Virus record (IMG/VR): IMGVR_UViG_3300020043_001914
Span: 1-26,379 of that record
DNA length: 26,379 nucleotides
Source: a virus
Lineage: Duplodnaviria > Caudoviricetes
Reading direction: 5' to 3' (one strand)
A model generated the notes under the pieces. It was not told where the DNA came from and did not search any database. It was given only the letters and a program-made list of their open reading frames with translations. The translations under genes and the position numbers were made by a program. This document shows, piece by piece, positions 1 to 13,077 of this stretch (its first letter is position 1; every line of letters starts with the position of its first letter).

Positions 1-2
1 GC

Positions 3-1313
3 GCTGCAGAACACTATGCCAAATTTGGCATGGCGGAAGGTAGGTCTGCCACCGCACCCAGACCCGGATCGGTTAACCCCGGCTTTAACTTCGATGCTGC
101 GGCGTACCTAAGAGCCAACCCGGATGTCAATAAGTATGTACAAGAGCATCTAGACGAGTTTGGTGGTGATCCTAATGCTGGGGCACTGGCGCACTTCTTA
201 AAGTTTGGGGCAGCAGAAAACCGGGAAGCACCAAGACGAGGAACTGCTGGAGGGATCGCTGGAGGAATCGCGGGTGGTACGACATACGGTAATCCTAGCG
301 GTGGGTTAGCTACAGGCGCTACTGAATACACTTTTGGTAAGATTGTCGAGCCGACTTTTTCGGCATTGCAGAACCGGCTGTTGGATGTTCTAGAGACGCC
401 CTACACTGCGTACTCAGGCAGACAAGTCGCTGAAGCTAGCCCCTTGCAAGAACAGGCATTTGCGGGTTTGGCTGGACTGTCTGTGCCCTCTGAGATTCTG
501 AATAACGCAACTCGTTCGCTGGCTGAAACCACAGCCGCTTATGGGCGCAACCCCTATTCGTATGAAGCTCGTGAAATCTCTACGGGTCTGGGGCCGGTTG
601 GCTCAGTGCAAGACTACATGAACCCTTATATCCAAGGGGTAGTCAATGTTCAGGCTGATGAGGCGCGGCGGCAGGCGCAGATTGAAACACAAAGAGCTAA
701 TGCGGGGTTTGCTCTTAGGAGTGCTTTTGGGGGCAGCAGACAAGCCATTGAGAACGCAGAGCGTGAACGCAATCTAGCCACGCTTATTAACAAAGTGACT
801 CAAGAGGGGTACAGTTCTGCCTATGATAAAGCCCTAGCCCAACGGCTGGCGGAAGCAGCTAAGTTCCAGCAAGCCCAAACAGACTCAGAATCTGGACGAC
901 GCGCTGTTGCAGCAGACACCGCTCGGTATGGGTTGGAAGCACTCTCTGGTAGAGGTCAGGCTGCGTTGAACGAGATCGGTGCTCAGAGATCCATCCAGCA
1001 ACAAAACATAGACAGGCTAAACGCGCAGCTAGGGGCAGGTGCTACACAGCGTTCGATTGAGCAAGAAGGACTGACTTCGGACTACAACAACTTCCTGCGT
1101 GAGCAGGGGTACCAAGCAAAGCAGCTTGCAGATGTGATGCCTGCTGCGAATCTGTTGTTGGGACAAAATAAAGTTGTAAATACCTACGGACAGCCTCCCA
1201 GTGCTTTGGGGCAGATACTTGGACTGGGTATAGCGGGTGCAGGACTGTTTGGTACGCCTGCCACCACCCCTGCCACTACCCCCGCAGCCACGACAACTAC
1301 TCCGACTCGGTAA
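3..1313 (+). CDS. Putative internal virion / DNA ejection (pilot-type) protein, 5'-truncated by the window edge
   Basis: The frame is open from base 3 (AAEHYAKFG-MAEGR), so ATG 30 is probably internal. Q/A-rich helical body (YMNPYIQGVVN...AFGGSRQ) and a Gly-rich hydrophobic C-terminal segment (ALGQILGLGIAGAGLFG). First of three successive large virion-type genes. Confidence 0.65.
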   Translation, partial: AAEHYAKFGMAEGRSATAPRPGSVNPGFNFDAAAYLRANPDVNKYVQEHLDEFGGDPNAGALAHFLKFGAAENREAPRRGTAGGIAGGIAGGTTYGNPSGGLATGATEYTFGKIVEPTFSALQNRLLDVLETPYTAYSGRQVAEASPLQEQAFAGLAGLSVPSEILNNATRSLAETTAAYGRNPYSYEAREISTGLGPVGSVQDYMNPYIQGVVNVQADEARRQAQIETQRANAGFALRSAFGGSRQAIENAERERNLATLINKVTQEGYSSAYDKALAQRLAEAAKFQQAQTDSESGRRAVAADTARYGLEALSGRGQAALNEIGAQRSIQQQNIDRLNAQLGAGATQRSIEQEGLTSDYNNFLREQGYQAKQLADVMPAANLLLGQNKVVNTYGQPPSALGQILGLGIAGAGLFGTPATTPATTPAATTTTPTR

Positions 1314-1325
1314 GGACACCCTACC

Positions 1326-3032
1326 ATGAGCGTGCAAGAATTTAATTCTATAGGTGTTCCTCTAGAAGATGCGATGAGGAAGATGCGGATCATGAATCCA
1401 CTAGAGCTGTTCCAATATCGGTACGATCCCGGTTATGGGCAGGCAGCGACAGCGGAACTTAACAGAAGGGCTAGGGTTCAAGCTGAAGCCGCAGCGCAGA
1501 AAAATCCAGACCCAAGTAATAAACCTACGGTTATGGAGGAGTTGCTGTACTCTTTAACTACCGGAAAGCCGGCTAGCCCTCCTGTTAGGATGGCGCAGGG
1601 TGGGATTGTTGCTTTTAATGGGGAAGAAGAATCGTATGTGCAAAGAACCAACAGAGAAGCACGAGAACGTGGCGTTAGAGAGTCAGACCCAGAACTAGCA
1701 GCTATAAAAGACATTAAAGAGCGAGATCGTCGCAGGCTGGAGAAGTACGGACCTCCTAGGGACCCAATGTTAGAAGGGCTTGCTTCTATGGGAGCTGCCG
1801 CTAAAGACGTACTCTCATACCCAGTTAGAGCCACTGCCGCTGCCGCATCTAAATACTTACCTATTCCCGAAATTCCTGAAAGCTTTTTTGGCGGGGATCG
1901 TAGTTCCATGACCCCGTATTTTGACCAATTACGTAAACAACGGATGGAGCAAATCAAAGCACAGCCGTCTGGTATTAGCGAAGCCGCTATTGGTGAACTT
2001 GGAATCAATCCTGAAGCCAAGGTTTCCCCCCGTACTGTTTCTAATGCATTACCTTCCTCTAGACCCGCTGCGGTTTCCAGACCCGCCGTTGCGCCTACCC
2101 CTGCTGTTCCTGCTGCACCGGAGGCTTCTGCTCCCAAAGAGGATGCTGACTTAGCTAAGTACAACGCTGATATTGAGAAAGCTTTGAAGTCGGTAGCCAC
2201 AATGCCTAGCATCACCCCGGAGCAACTGGCGGCTGCGCGTGGAGAAGCAGAAAAACGACGCAGCGGTATTACTTCTCCATACATGGCTAAGATTGCTGAG
2301 CTACAGCAAGAACAAGAGAAGATTGGTGCAAGTAGAGATGCCGGGGCGATGAGTCGTGCTCTTACGCAGTTTGGGCTTAACCTTGCGGGGAAAAGTTCTC
2401 GTCCGGGGTCTGCCGCCGCTGCGCTATCAGAAGCTGGCTTGGGGGCATTGGCTTCCTTCGAGAAAGAACAGCTTGGTATGATGGACCGAGCGGTGCGGAT
2501 GAACCAAAACAAGATTGAACTCCAGAAAGAGTTGATGAAGCAAGGTCTTGATCGCAACACCGCTGGTGATCTGGCTGAAAAAGAAGCGCGTAGGATCGAA
2601 GAAGATCGCGCAAAAGACATCCGCGCTGCTGGAAAAGACACTGCAACAATACTTACGCAACAACAAACAGCCATCCAACGAGCTGAATACCAAGCAGGGC
2701 TTTTAGAGGCTAAGCAAAGAGAAATAGAAGCAAGAGCAGAGCTTAGAAATGCTATGGCAGGACGTAAAGTGGATCAAATCCTATTAGCTACTCAAAAGTT
2801 GGAGCAAGCTCAACAGCTTGTTGCGATTAGAGAACAAGATTCTAAACGCAAACTTATCACAAATGAAATAGACGCCATCACTAAATCTCCAATAGCTTTT
2901 ACGCAGCAAGGTATGCAACAAATACAGCGGTTAATGGGAGAACTCAGTGCTCTTAGGGCTGGGGGTGAGGGTGGGGCAGGTGCCGCCGCTGGGGATTCCT
3001 CCAAAGGTTGGGAAATTAAACCTAAACAATAG
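1326..3032 (+). CDS. Putative internal virion / ejection protein, 568 aa
   Basis: AAGGA upstream of the ATG. Ala/Glu/Gln/Lys-rich coiled-coil composition, MAQGGIVAF motif, P/A-rich linker. Lies between two other ejection-type genes. Confidence 0.6.
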   Translation: MSVQEFNSIGVPLEDAMRKMRIMNPLELFQYRYDPGYGQAATAELNRRARVQAEAAAQKNPDPSNKPTVMEELLYSLTTGKPASPPVRMAQGGIVAFNGEEESYVQRTNREARERGVRESDPELAAIKDIKERDRRRLEKYGPPRDPMLEGLASMGAAAKDVLSYPVRATAAAASKYLPIPEIPESFFGGDRSSMTPYFDQLRKQRMEQIKAQPSGISEAAIGELGINPEAKVSPRTVSNALPSSRPAAVSRPAVAPTPAVPAAPEASAPKEDADLAKYNADIEKALKSVATMPSITPEQLAAARGEAEKRRSGITSPYMAKIAELQQEQEKIGASRDAGAMSRALTQFGLNLAGKSSRPGSAAAALSEAGLGALASFEKEQLGMMDRAVRMNQNKIELQKELMKQGLDRNTAGDLAEKEARRIEEDRAKDIRAAGKDTATILTQQQTAIQRAEYQAGLLEAKQREIEARAELRNAMAGRKVDQILLATQKLEQAQQLVAIREQDSKRKLITNEIDAITKSPIAFTQQGMQQIQRLMGELSALRAGGEGGAGAAAGDSSKGWEIKPKQ

Positions 3033-3044
3033 TAGGAATAGAGT

Positions 3045-6038
<2,994 letters not shown>

Positions 6039-9000
6039 ATAACGATGTAGCTATTGTTATTGGTAGTTCCAGATTAGGGAATCCTGTATATGCAGGAGTA
6101 CATAAAGATTCGGGTAAACGAACCAACGTAGATATCTCTAGCTATACAGGCGACTTATTCACCGCAGACCAAAAAACCAAGTTGTTGAAAGAACGTGAGC
6201 GACTGGTTGCGGAAGATACTAAAAATACCGAAGCTTTTCCTGAAGGACCGTTCACTGGTGCAACTACCAACGTGGTTGCTTCTCCCGAATTTGACCCTCG
6301 CTATACGGCATATCTTACGGACCTCATGCAGAAGATGGGGCTTGGGGATATCCGAATTCTGCTAGTCCATCCGAAAGATGCTAGGGCCAATAGAGAAGCA
6401 TTACACTTACATGGTCCATACGCTTCTGCGCTATCCGCAGGTCTGGACTCCAATGAAGATGGTTCAGTCCGACAGTTTGGCCCCAAACTAAAAGATTTTT
6501 ACATAGCGTTACGTCCGGGTATGTCTGAAGCAGTTACCTTTGAGACGCTTAATCACGAACTTGGGCACATCATTGAGAAAGTAGCTTACAACAACGCTTC
6601 CCCGGAAACCAAACAAGCTATACGGGCTGAGTATGAAGCGTGGCTTTCTAAAGTTAAAGGTGGATCAGCTAAAGATCTTGTCTATGCACTGCGTAATCGA
6701 GAGACTGCAGAAGCACATGGAGCATCAGCATCGGACACTATCCCCGCTGAAAAACTTAGCGGCTACTGGAAATCGTTTGCCGAATGGTTTGCAGACAACA
6801 CCTCTAAGTGGGCTACCACTAACGAAAAGCCTCTGTCTGTTGCGGATAAGTTCTTCTCCAAACTAGCCCAGAAGCTGCGAGATCTCGTAGCTATAGTGAC
6901 TGGACGGCAGTATCCGCCAGCTAAGTCTGTTGCCAAATTCCTTAACGAAATGGGTCCGGGGTCTGCTGCCATGTGGGCAGAACCTAGCGTATTGTCCGAA
7001 AAGGGAGCCCCTGCACAACAATCCATAGCCCCAGCTACCCAAGCCTATATCGACAGCTTGACGCCACCGCAACAGGCTGGAGCTATCCAGCTAGTGCGCA
7101 ACACGCTGCAAGGTAAAGGGTTCAACCAGCAAACAGCGAATTGGATTACAGAGGGGATCACTAAGTTCCGCACGATGGTATCTGACCGGGCAGCGACCAT
7201 TGATGATCGTTTTGCCAAAGCGTTTGGTTATGGAGTACGGGACGCATTGGGTAACCTACACCCATTGCTCAAGTATCGACAAGCTGAAGATTCAGAAAAG
7301 TTGTTGGCTGAGTACTTTACGCAAGGTAGTATTAAGTACAACCCCACTAAAGGTATCTGGGAAATCGTAAAGGTTCCGGGTGTTCGCCCTCCTGCGGCTG
7401 TATTTGACCTCATCAACCAGTGGGCTAAGCAAGAAAATAAATCCTTTGAAAAAGCCAATCACGATGCAGGGCGCATCCTGGAAGCCGTGCGGTTGAACGA
7501 ACTCCGCAAACTTAATGCTGCGGGTAAAGCAAACATAAGACTGCACATGGGAGACTCAGAGATAGACATGCTGATGGATGTCTATAACAAAGATCCGTTG
7601 CTAAAAGAAATGAACAAAGCAATGGATGAGTCACGGATCAAACTTATAGATAAGATGGTACAAGTAGGCAGACTTTCCGCCGCTGAAGGTGCCGAATTCC
7701 AAAGCGTTATAGGCTACGTCCCATTTGATAGGGTTAGTGATGATTCTATCAACAAGTTCCTTACCAAGAAGCGTACCGGTAGGGGTATGGCGCAGCTTGG
7801 TAAGTTTGAAGATCTTATTGGTTCCGAAACTCGCCCTGTTGATAACGTATTCAACAACTACATCAACACCATGGGCTGGATGTTAAAGCAAACACTCCGA
7901 CAGGATGCGGTGCTTAGTACGTTACGGGCTTTGGAAAAAATTGGGCAAGCTAAGAAAGTGGGTAGAGTACAAGACCCAAGCCGCACAGTGCAAACCTACA
8001 TCAAGGGGGTTCCTGTTTTCTTTGAACTTCCTTCAGCATACGATGCGGCTGCGTTTAATGACAGGACTACTCCACTCCCTACCGTCTTTAAGTTCCTTGG
8101 GCAGTTCTCAAATATCCTGCGCACACTTATCACGGCTGTGCCAACCTTCTCCGTTAAGCAGGTGGCAGAGGATGTGCAGCGGGCTGCGTTCCACTCTGGG
8201 GTTAAGGATGTTGCTAGCCTAACAGCTAAAGCTCTGAAAAACTTTGCAGTAATGAGCAAGGCTGAGGTCATGGGGCAACCCAATGCGGCTGCAGAATTCT
8301 TCGGGACCATGGGTCTATCTGGTCAGTACGATTGGATGAACGACGATTCTGCTAAATCACTCATGCAAGACTTAGGGCTAGAGAAGCGCAGCCTGCTTGG
8401 CTCGACGAAGATTGGTGCCCTGATGCACAAGCTGGACGGCATCACCCGGGCGTCGGACTTAGCTATTCGTAAAGCGATCTACGATCAAACAAAACTGGAA
8501 ACTAAGGACGAGGCACTAGCGCAGTTCCGTGCCCGAGAGATTATCAACTTCCGCAGGCGTGGCGCAGGGGCTGGCGGTGGCGCACTGGATATACTGATCC
8601 AGACTATCCCGTTCTTTAACGCTTACATCCAAGGTATGGATGTGCTGTACCGCAGCATGGTTGGTAAAGGTGCAGCCTCCGGTCTGGAGTTGCAGCGCGC
8701 TAAGAAATTGTTCTACAGCCGTGCTGGGGTTGTTGTATCTATGGCTACCATCTACGCTTTGGCGCATGGCGACGATGATGAGTACGACGATATGTCGCTA
8801 GATAAGCGGGATAAGACTTGGGTCCTCGGGGGTGGCGTTGCTATGCCCGTGCCCACCGAACTGGGCATCATCTTTAAAGCAATCCCTGAACGAGTCCTAG
8901 AGTACTTCCGTAGGCAGGGTACGCCGCAGGAGCAGCTTGCGACTGAAGCTCTTAAGTCTTATTTCACGGCTGCTATGGATACCTATGTGGGTCGGGTCAT

Positions 9001-9660
9001 TCCAATCCCTCAAGCTTTTCGCCCTGCTATAGAACTTATCACCAACCACTCATTCCTAACTGGGCGAGACATCCATGGTACCCATCAGAAAGGGTTGGAC
9101 GCGAGCAAAGCTGTTACCTCAGTTACTTCGGAATTGGCTAAAGCAATTGCCAAGTTTACGCAAGCAACTACGGGTGTTGAGGTATCTCCCATCAGCATTG
9201 ACACCGTGTTGAACGGGTACTTCGGCACTACGGCTGCGATCACCACAGCGATTACTGATGCCATCCTGAACCCGGACAAGGTGGACCGTCCGCTGCATAA
9301 GATGGTTGGTCTTGCTCCGTTCACCTACGATCCGGTCGGCACCCGGCACCTCAATGAGTTCTACGATGTGCGTGAGAAAGTGGTTAAAGCGCACAATACG
9401 CTACTGGATATGGCTGAACGTAACCCAGAAGAGGCGATGCGGTACGTAGAGAACAACAAAGAACGTCTGATGTTGTATAAGGGTGTTAGCACAACATTGG
9501 ATCAGCTTAGCAAAACCCGTGCATACAAGTCGTGGCTGGATACCGAAGCTGCTGCTAAGGAGTACAGTGGGTCAGAGCGCCTGAAGATGCGACAAGAAGT
9601 CCAGACGTACGAGAAAGATATGGTGCGCTGGATTCGTGAAGCCAAAGCTGAGTTGAAGTT

Positions 9661-9897
9661 CTAAGCCATACGCCAAACACGCACACCGTAATAGCCAAAC
9701 TCGTTACGGTTGTGCGCTACCAAAGTTATACGGTAGTGCTTCTCTGCCCTCTTTAGCTGCCGCTGCACTTCACCTGCTGTGGCTGTGGTCTTTATGAAAA
9801 ACGAATAGCCCGGGAGGAGTTCCTCCCAAGCTATGAAGTAAGGTATGCCGTAGATATTCAAGAACCGTACCGAGTCAGGTACTGGCTTGCTGTTCAT
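9661..9897 (-). CDS. Small phage protein ending in GVRVWR (putative nucleic-acid-binding), ~78 aa
   Basis: Likely start is ATG 9897 (MNSKPV), overlapping the primase 3' end. The track's start at 9990 lies deep inside the primase gene. The C-terminal xVRVWR motif recurs in small phage proteins. Confidence 0.6.
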   Translation of the reverse strand: MNSKPVPDSVRFLNIYGIPYFIAWEELLPGYSFFIKTTATAGEVQRQLKRAEKHYRITLVAHNRNEFGYYGVRVWRMA

Positions 9898-12727
9898 TGG
9901 TAGTGCTGAACATGTCTGTGTTGAGCCCCATGGCGTTGCCACTAATGCAGTAGCATCGCACGCCCATAGAAGAGAAGTTACCCACCGCACCAGCCCCGAT
10001 CCGCTTGGTTATGGTGCTGTTAGCCTTCAAGATGCCAGCTTTCGTAAGCTCATCGATGCCTTGCCGGAAGTCGATTTGACGACTAACAAAGCAGTCCCGC
10101 AGAGCGTTAGCCGGTATCCATAGCTCCTGCGCATCAGGCTCGTACCGCAGTCGTAGCGGACCTCGTGGTGCCTGTATGGGTGCAGCTACTACACCGTTTG
10201 TTGTCGTGTTGATGATAAGGGTGCAGTTCAGGTTCTCGTTGATGTACAGCATCAGGGCTTCCTGCGCTGCCAATTCAGTGTTCGATGTAGGCTGAATGAC
10301 TTGGGTGCGGATAGCGGCTAGCGTCTCCAGTGCGTAGGTATAGACCCGAGGAATGTCTATGGAGAACAGCCCCAACTTCTTAGCGATAGATGCTGCAGCA
10401 AAGGCACACGCCATCACCACAGAATAGAACCTGTCTGACTGATCCAAGTTGAGGTCTGTATCAATACGCAGCTTGATCTTGTTCAACAAAGCCAGCACTG
10501 ACTCTTTGTTCCTGAGCACGTACTGCATAAATATGGGGCCAGCTAAACCGTAGTTGTCTGCCAAAGCACTGAACACTGCATCCGATTCTGCCTTGGTGAT
10601 GGCCACAGGGCGAGTGATCCGCAACTCGATAAGCCTGCGCATCTCCCCATCGGAAGTGCTCTTGAGCCTGCTTAACTTGTCATACAGTGAGGAGTTGCTG
10701 GAGGTGATGACGAACGTCATCCACGACACCACGTTAGCCCGCAGCTTATTGGTTTGTGCCTCCATGCGATGCTTTCCCCGACCTTGCGGGACATCGTAGA
10801 CCAACTCAGACACATCCTCATCGGACATGTTGGTGACCTCATCCATCGTCACAGCTATCGAGTTGAGCATACCCAGCCACTGCATCTTGGACATCGTAGT
10901 GTCCGTCTGCTTCATCAGCAGCTTACTGGGGTGCCCAAAAATGGAGTTGACCATCATTTGAGCAGTGGTCTTGCCTGTGCCCGACTTGTTGGACATCAGG
11001 TTAATCGTAGCGCCCCGGACCTCCATGCCACCCAGTATGCGTAGCAACGGCGCACCGAACCCAAAGAACAGCGTAAGGGCATGTGCCTCCATGCCGGGAC
11101 GGTCGTAGAAGTTGACCATCTCTGACCACTTTTTGATATCCCCCTTAGAGGTAAGCATGGGAGCTACCAGTTTCGTACCACTGGCTGATGGGGCTAGTCG
11201 GATATCGTTCTCAGTGTACTCAAGCTCGCCCACTACGAAGCCCGAATCGTCGGGAGTCCACCCCATTTGGCTGCGAGTCTTGTCTGCTGCAAACTGTTTC
11301 TGTAGTTTCCTGATGGATGATGCAAGGTATGCCATTATTGAATCCAGTTCTTTATAGATGGCTACTACACCGTGGCGTAGCAGGAGGTCGCGCATCTTCT
11401 CTCTGTTAAGTACGGTAGTTACGGGTGCAGTGAATCGTCTGATGCCATCGTGCGGCATATGCAGATTGATACCCACTACTTCACCTTCCCCATCACCTGA
11501 CTCCGAAGAATCATAGTACCTAGAAGTTAGGTAAAGATCGTATCTGTAGATCATTACTTCAATGGGTTCCCCCTTCTCATCTTTGGATCGCAGGTACACG
11601 CCACCATGCAAGCCTCTGAAGTAGGGGTACGGATACTCCGGTATGTGTACTTGTACAGCTTTGTTGTTCTTTTCTGTATCTGCTTCTAGCTGCTGCTCTA
11701 CTACATAAGAGCCACCTACTGCTTGAGCAGCTTCTACCTTCCGGCCCAGCGTAATGGGGCTGGTTACTTGCTGCTGGCACCCTGCACAATGCGACGGATA
11801 GTTATTGCGATACCACTCGCAGGTCATCGGACCTTTGGTTAGCTGTGCCTTAGCTATAGTGTTCTCAGGCGTGTAGTCAGGGTGCGCTCTGGACAGTGTG
11901 TGGATAGCCGTCTCAGCATCAGTGCATTGCCAAGCAATGGATAGTGCAGCCCTCCATAGAGGCTCCTCCAGCGTGGCTGCGTTCTGGATAGCGTTGGCTA
12001 TCTGAGCACAACCCGTCCCTTTAAGACTGCGCCGCACTATACGAACGAACTCTGACGGAGGGTATTCTCCGGTCGCTAGCGAGCGAGTCATGGCATCTAC
12101 GCCATACGCTTTGGCTGCGCTGAGATCTGCTGCTACGGCTGGCAGTAACTTACGGAACTCTGCAAGCGGTGTAGTTACACCATCTTGGATTAGTTGCACC
12201 GGCAGGGGGTCGCCCTTGTAGTGCGTGGTGTCAGGCATCCGTAAGACTCGTGCGGCATCCGCCGACACAGCAGGGTCTACCTTGAGCTTGCTGAGCACCA
12301 GCGTCTTAAACGCACGAGCCAACGGACCCCACTCAGTTACGCTGAGTACTTCTTGGATCGGCCAATATGCGTGTAACCCGCGCCCTGAGTTGACGATGTA
12401 GGGCTTTGGGAAGTTAGTGTCATCGACGAACCGACGTAGGGCTAAGGCTCCATCCGTCTGGTCGGCATAGGGTTTGTTAGGCCCGCAGTCTAAGTCTATA
12501 AAGAAACTACGCAGTCCCTTGACGTTATCGGCTTCACGGGATGAATCATCCTTGAACGACGCCAGAGCAAAGAATGCGTTGAACTTCTGAGTGTCTAGCT
12601 CTAACCCACGGTCGATTACTTCTTCTAATGTGTTATGGAAAGTCTGGACTATTTTGGTCTTTGAGTTACCCCAGACGCAATACGGACCTTCTGGCGGTAG
12701 TACCGCTTTATAGAATAATAGACTCAC
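9875..12727 (-). CDS. Primase(-polymerase) fused to DUF927-type domain and P-loop helicase, 950 aa
   Basis: AEP/RepB-like motifs FIDLD, SGRGLHAYW and ARVLRMP. Cys cluster CEWY...HCAGC. Walker A SNKSGTGKTT and Walker B VTMDE. GTG start with GAGG upstream. Confidence 0.88.
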   Translation of the reverse strand: MSLLFYKAVLPPEGPYCVWGNSKTKIVQTFHNTLEEVIDRGLELDTQKFNAFFALASFKDDSSREADNVKGLRSFFIDLDCGPNKPYADQTDGALALRRFVDDTNFPKPYIVNSGRGLHAYWPIQEVLSVTEWGPLARAFKTLVLSKLKVDPAVSADAARVLRMPDTTHYKGDPLPVQLIQDGVTTPLAEFRKLLPAVAADLSAAKAYGVDAMTRSLATGEYPPSEFVRIVRRSLKGTGCAQIANAIQNAATLEEPLWRAALSIAWQCTDAETAIHTLSRAHPDYTPENTIAKAQLTKGPMTCEWYRNNYPSHCAGCQQQVTSPITLGRKVEAAQAVGGSYVVEQQLEADTEKNNKAVQVHIPEYPYPYFRGLHGGVYLRSKDEKGEPIEVMIYRYDLYLTSRYYDSSESGDGEGEVVGINLHMPHDGIRRFTAPVTTVLNREKMRDLLLRHGVVAIYKELDSIMAYLASSIRKLQKQFAADKTRSQMGWTPDDSGFVVGELEYTENDIRLAPSASGTKLVAPMLTSKGDIKKWSEMVNFYDRPGMEAHALTLFFGFGAPLLRILGGMEVRGATINLMSNKSGTGKTTAQMMVNSIFGHPSKLLMKQTDTTMSKMQWLGMLNSIAVTMDEVTNMSDEDVSELVYDVPQGRGKHRMEAQTNKLRANVVSWMTFVITSSNSSLYDKLSRLKSTSDGEMRRLIELRITRPVAITKAESDAVFSALADNYGLAGPIFMQYVLRNKESVLALLNKIKLRIDTDLNLDQSDRFYSVVMACAFAAASIAKKLGLFSIDIPRVYTYALETLAAIRTQVIQPTSNTELAAQEALMLYINENLNCTLIINTTTNGVVAAPIQAPRGPLRLRYEPDAQELWIPANALRDCFVSRQIDFRQGIDELTKAGILKANSTITKRIGAGAVGNFSSMGVRCYCISGNAMGLNTDMFSTTNEQQAST

Positions 12728-12827
12728 GGACCCTCACGGTAGGGAAGTCGGGTGGGAGGTCGGGGCAGCAGCCCGTGTCTGCTTTTGTCGGGGAGGGATC
12801 AACTCCCCCTAGCCCCGGATGGCGACT
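12725..12827 (-). promoter_or_regulatory. Candidate structured 5' leader of the primase-helicase gene (three-way junction plus RBS hairpin)
   Basis: Pairings on the - strand: AGUCG/CGACU, CGGGGC/GCCCCG, GGGGAG/CUCCCC, AGCAG/CUGCU and CCCU/AGGG. Loop CACGG is complementary to two downstream CCGUG copies. Confidence 0.55.
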
Positions 12828-13077
12828 ATAGCGGCAACGCGCTGTACTCCGCAAGTAGCTGCTCGACTTTTTTCAATTGCTGGTGCCGAGGCTTGAACTT
12901 GCCGGTGAACCATGCGTACACACACTGCCTAGATACGCCTGTCGCTGCAGCCACTTCTGTGACGGAGATGTCTTTAGCAATGCACATCATCCCCAAACGA
13001 ACTGTAGGTAGCGATTGATCTGCTGCCTCGATCCGCTTCACAATGTCGTAGCTGTATCCACGAGTTTTACTCGTCAT
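12826..13077 (-). CDS. XRE/Cro-like helix-turn-helix protein, ~83 aa
   Basis: ISVTEVAAATGVSRQCVYAWFTG is a typical HTH. Likely start is ATG 13077 (MTSKTRGYS), overlapping the end of the upstream gene. Confidence 0.85.
   Translation of the reverse strand: MTSKTRGYSYDIVKRIEAADQSLPTVRLGMMCIAKDISVTEVAAATGVSRQCVYAWFTGKFKPRHQQLKKVEQLLAEYSALPL

Noticed and set aside
1478-2674. 398-aa antisense ORF opposite the 568-aa gene
   Set aside because: Ser/Ala/Leu/Cys-rich shadow of the sense gene's codon usage, with no RBS or recognisable motif.
6182-6184. TTG as an independent start for the 1160-aa ORF
   Set aside because: No clear RBS, and the frame is open upstream into the repeat where it continues the PKxEA pattern.
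12740-12825. tRNA or known self-cleaving ribozyme in the primase leader
   Set aside because: No TTC-containing T-loop or cloverleaf spacing, and no hammerhead CUGANGA/GAAA core. Retained only as an unassigned structured leader.
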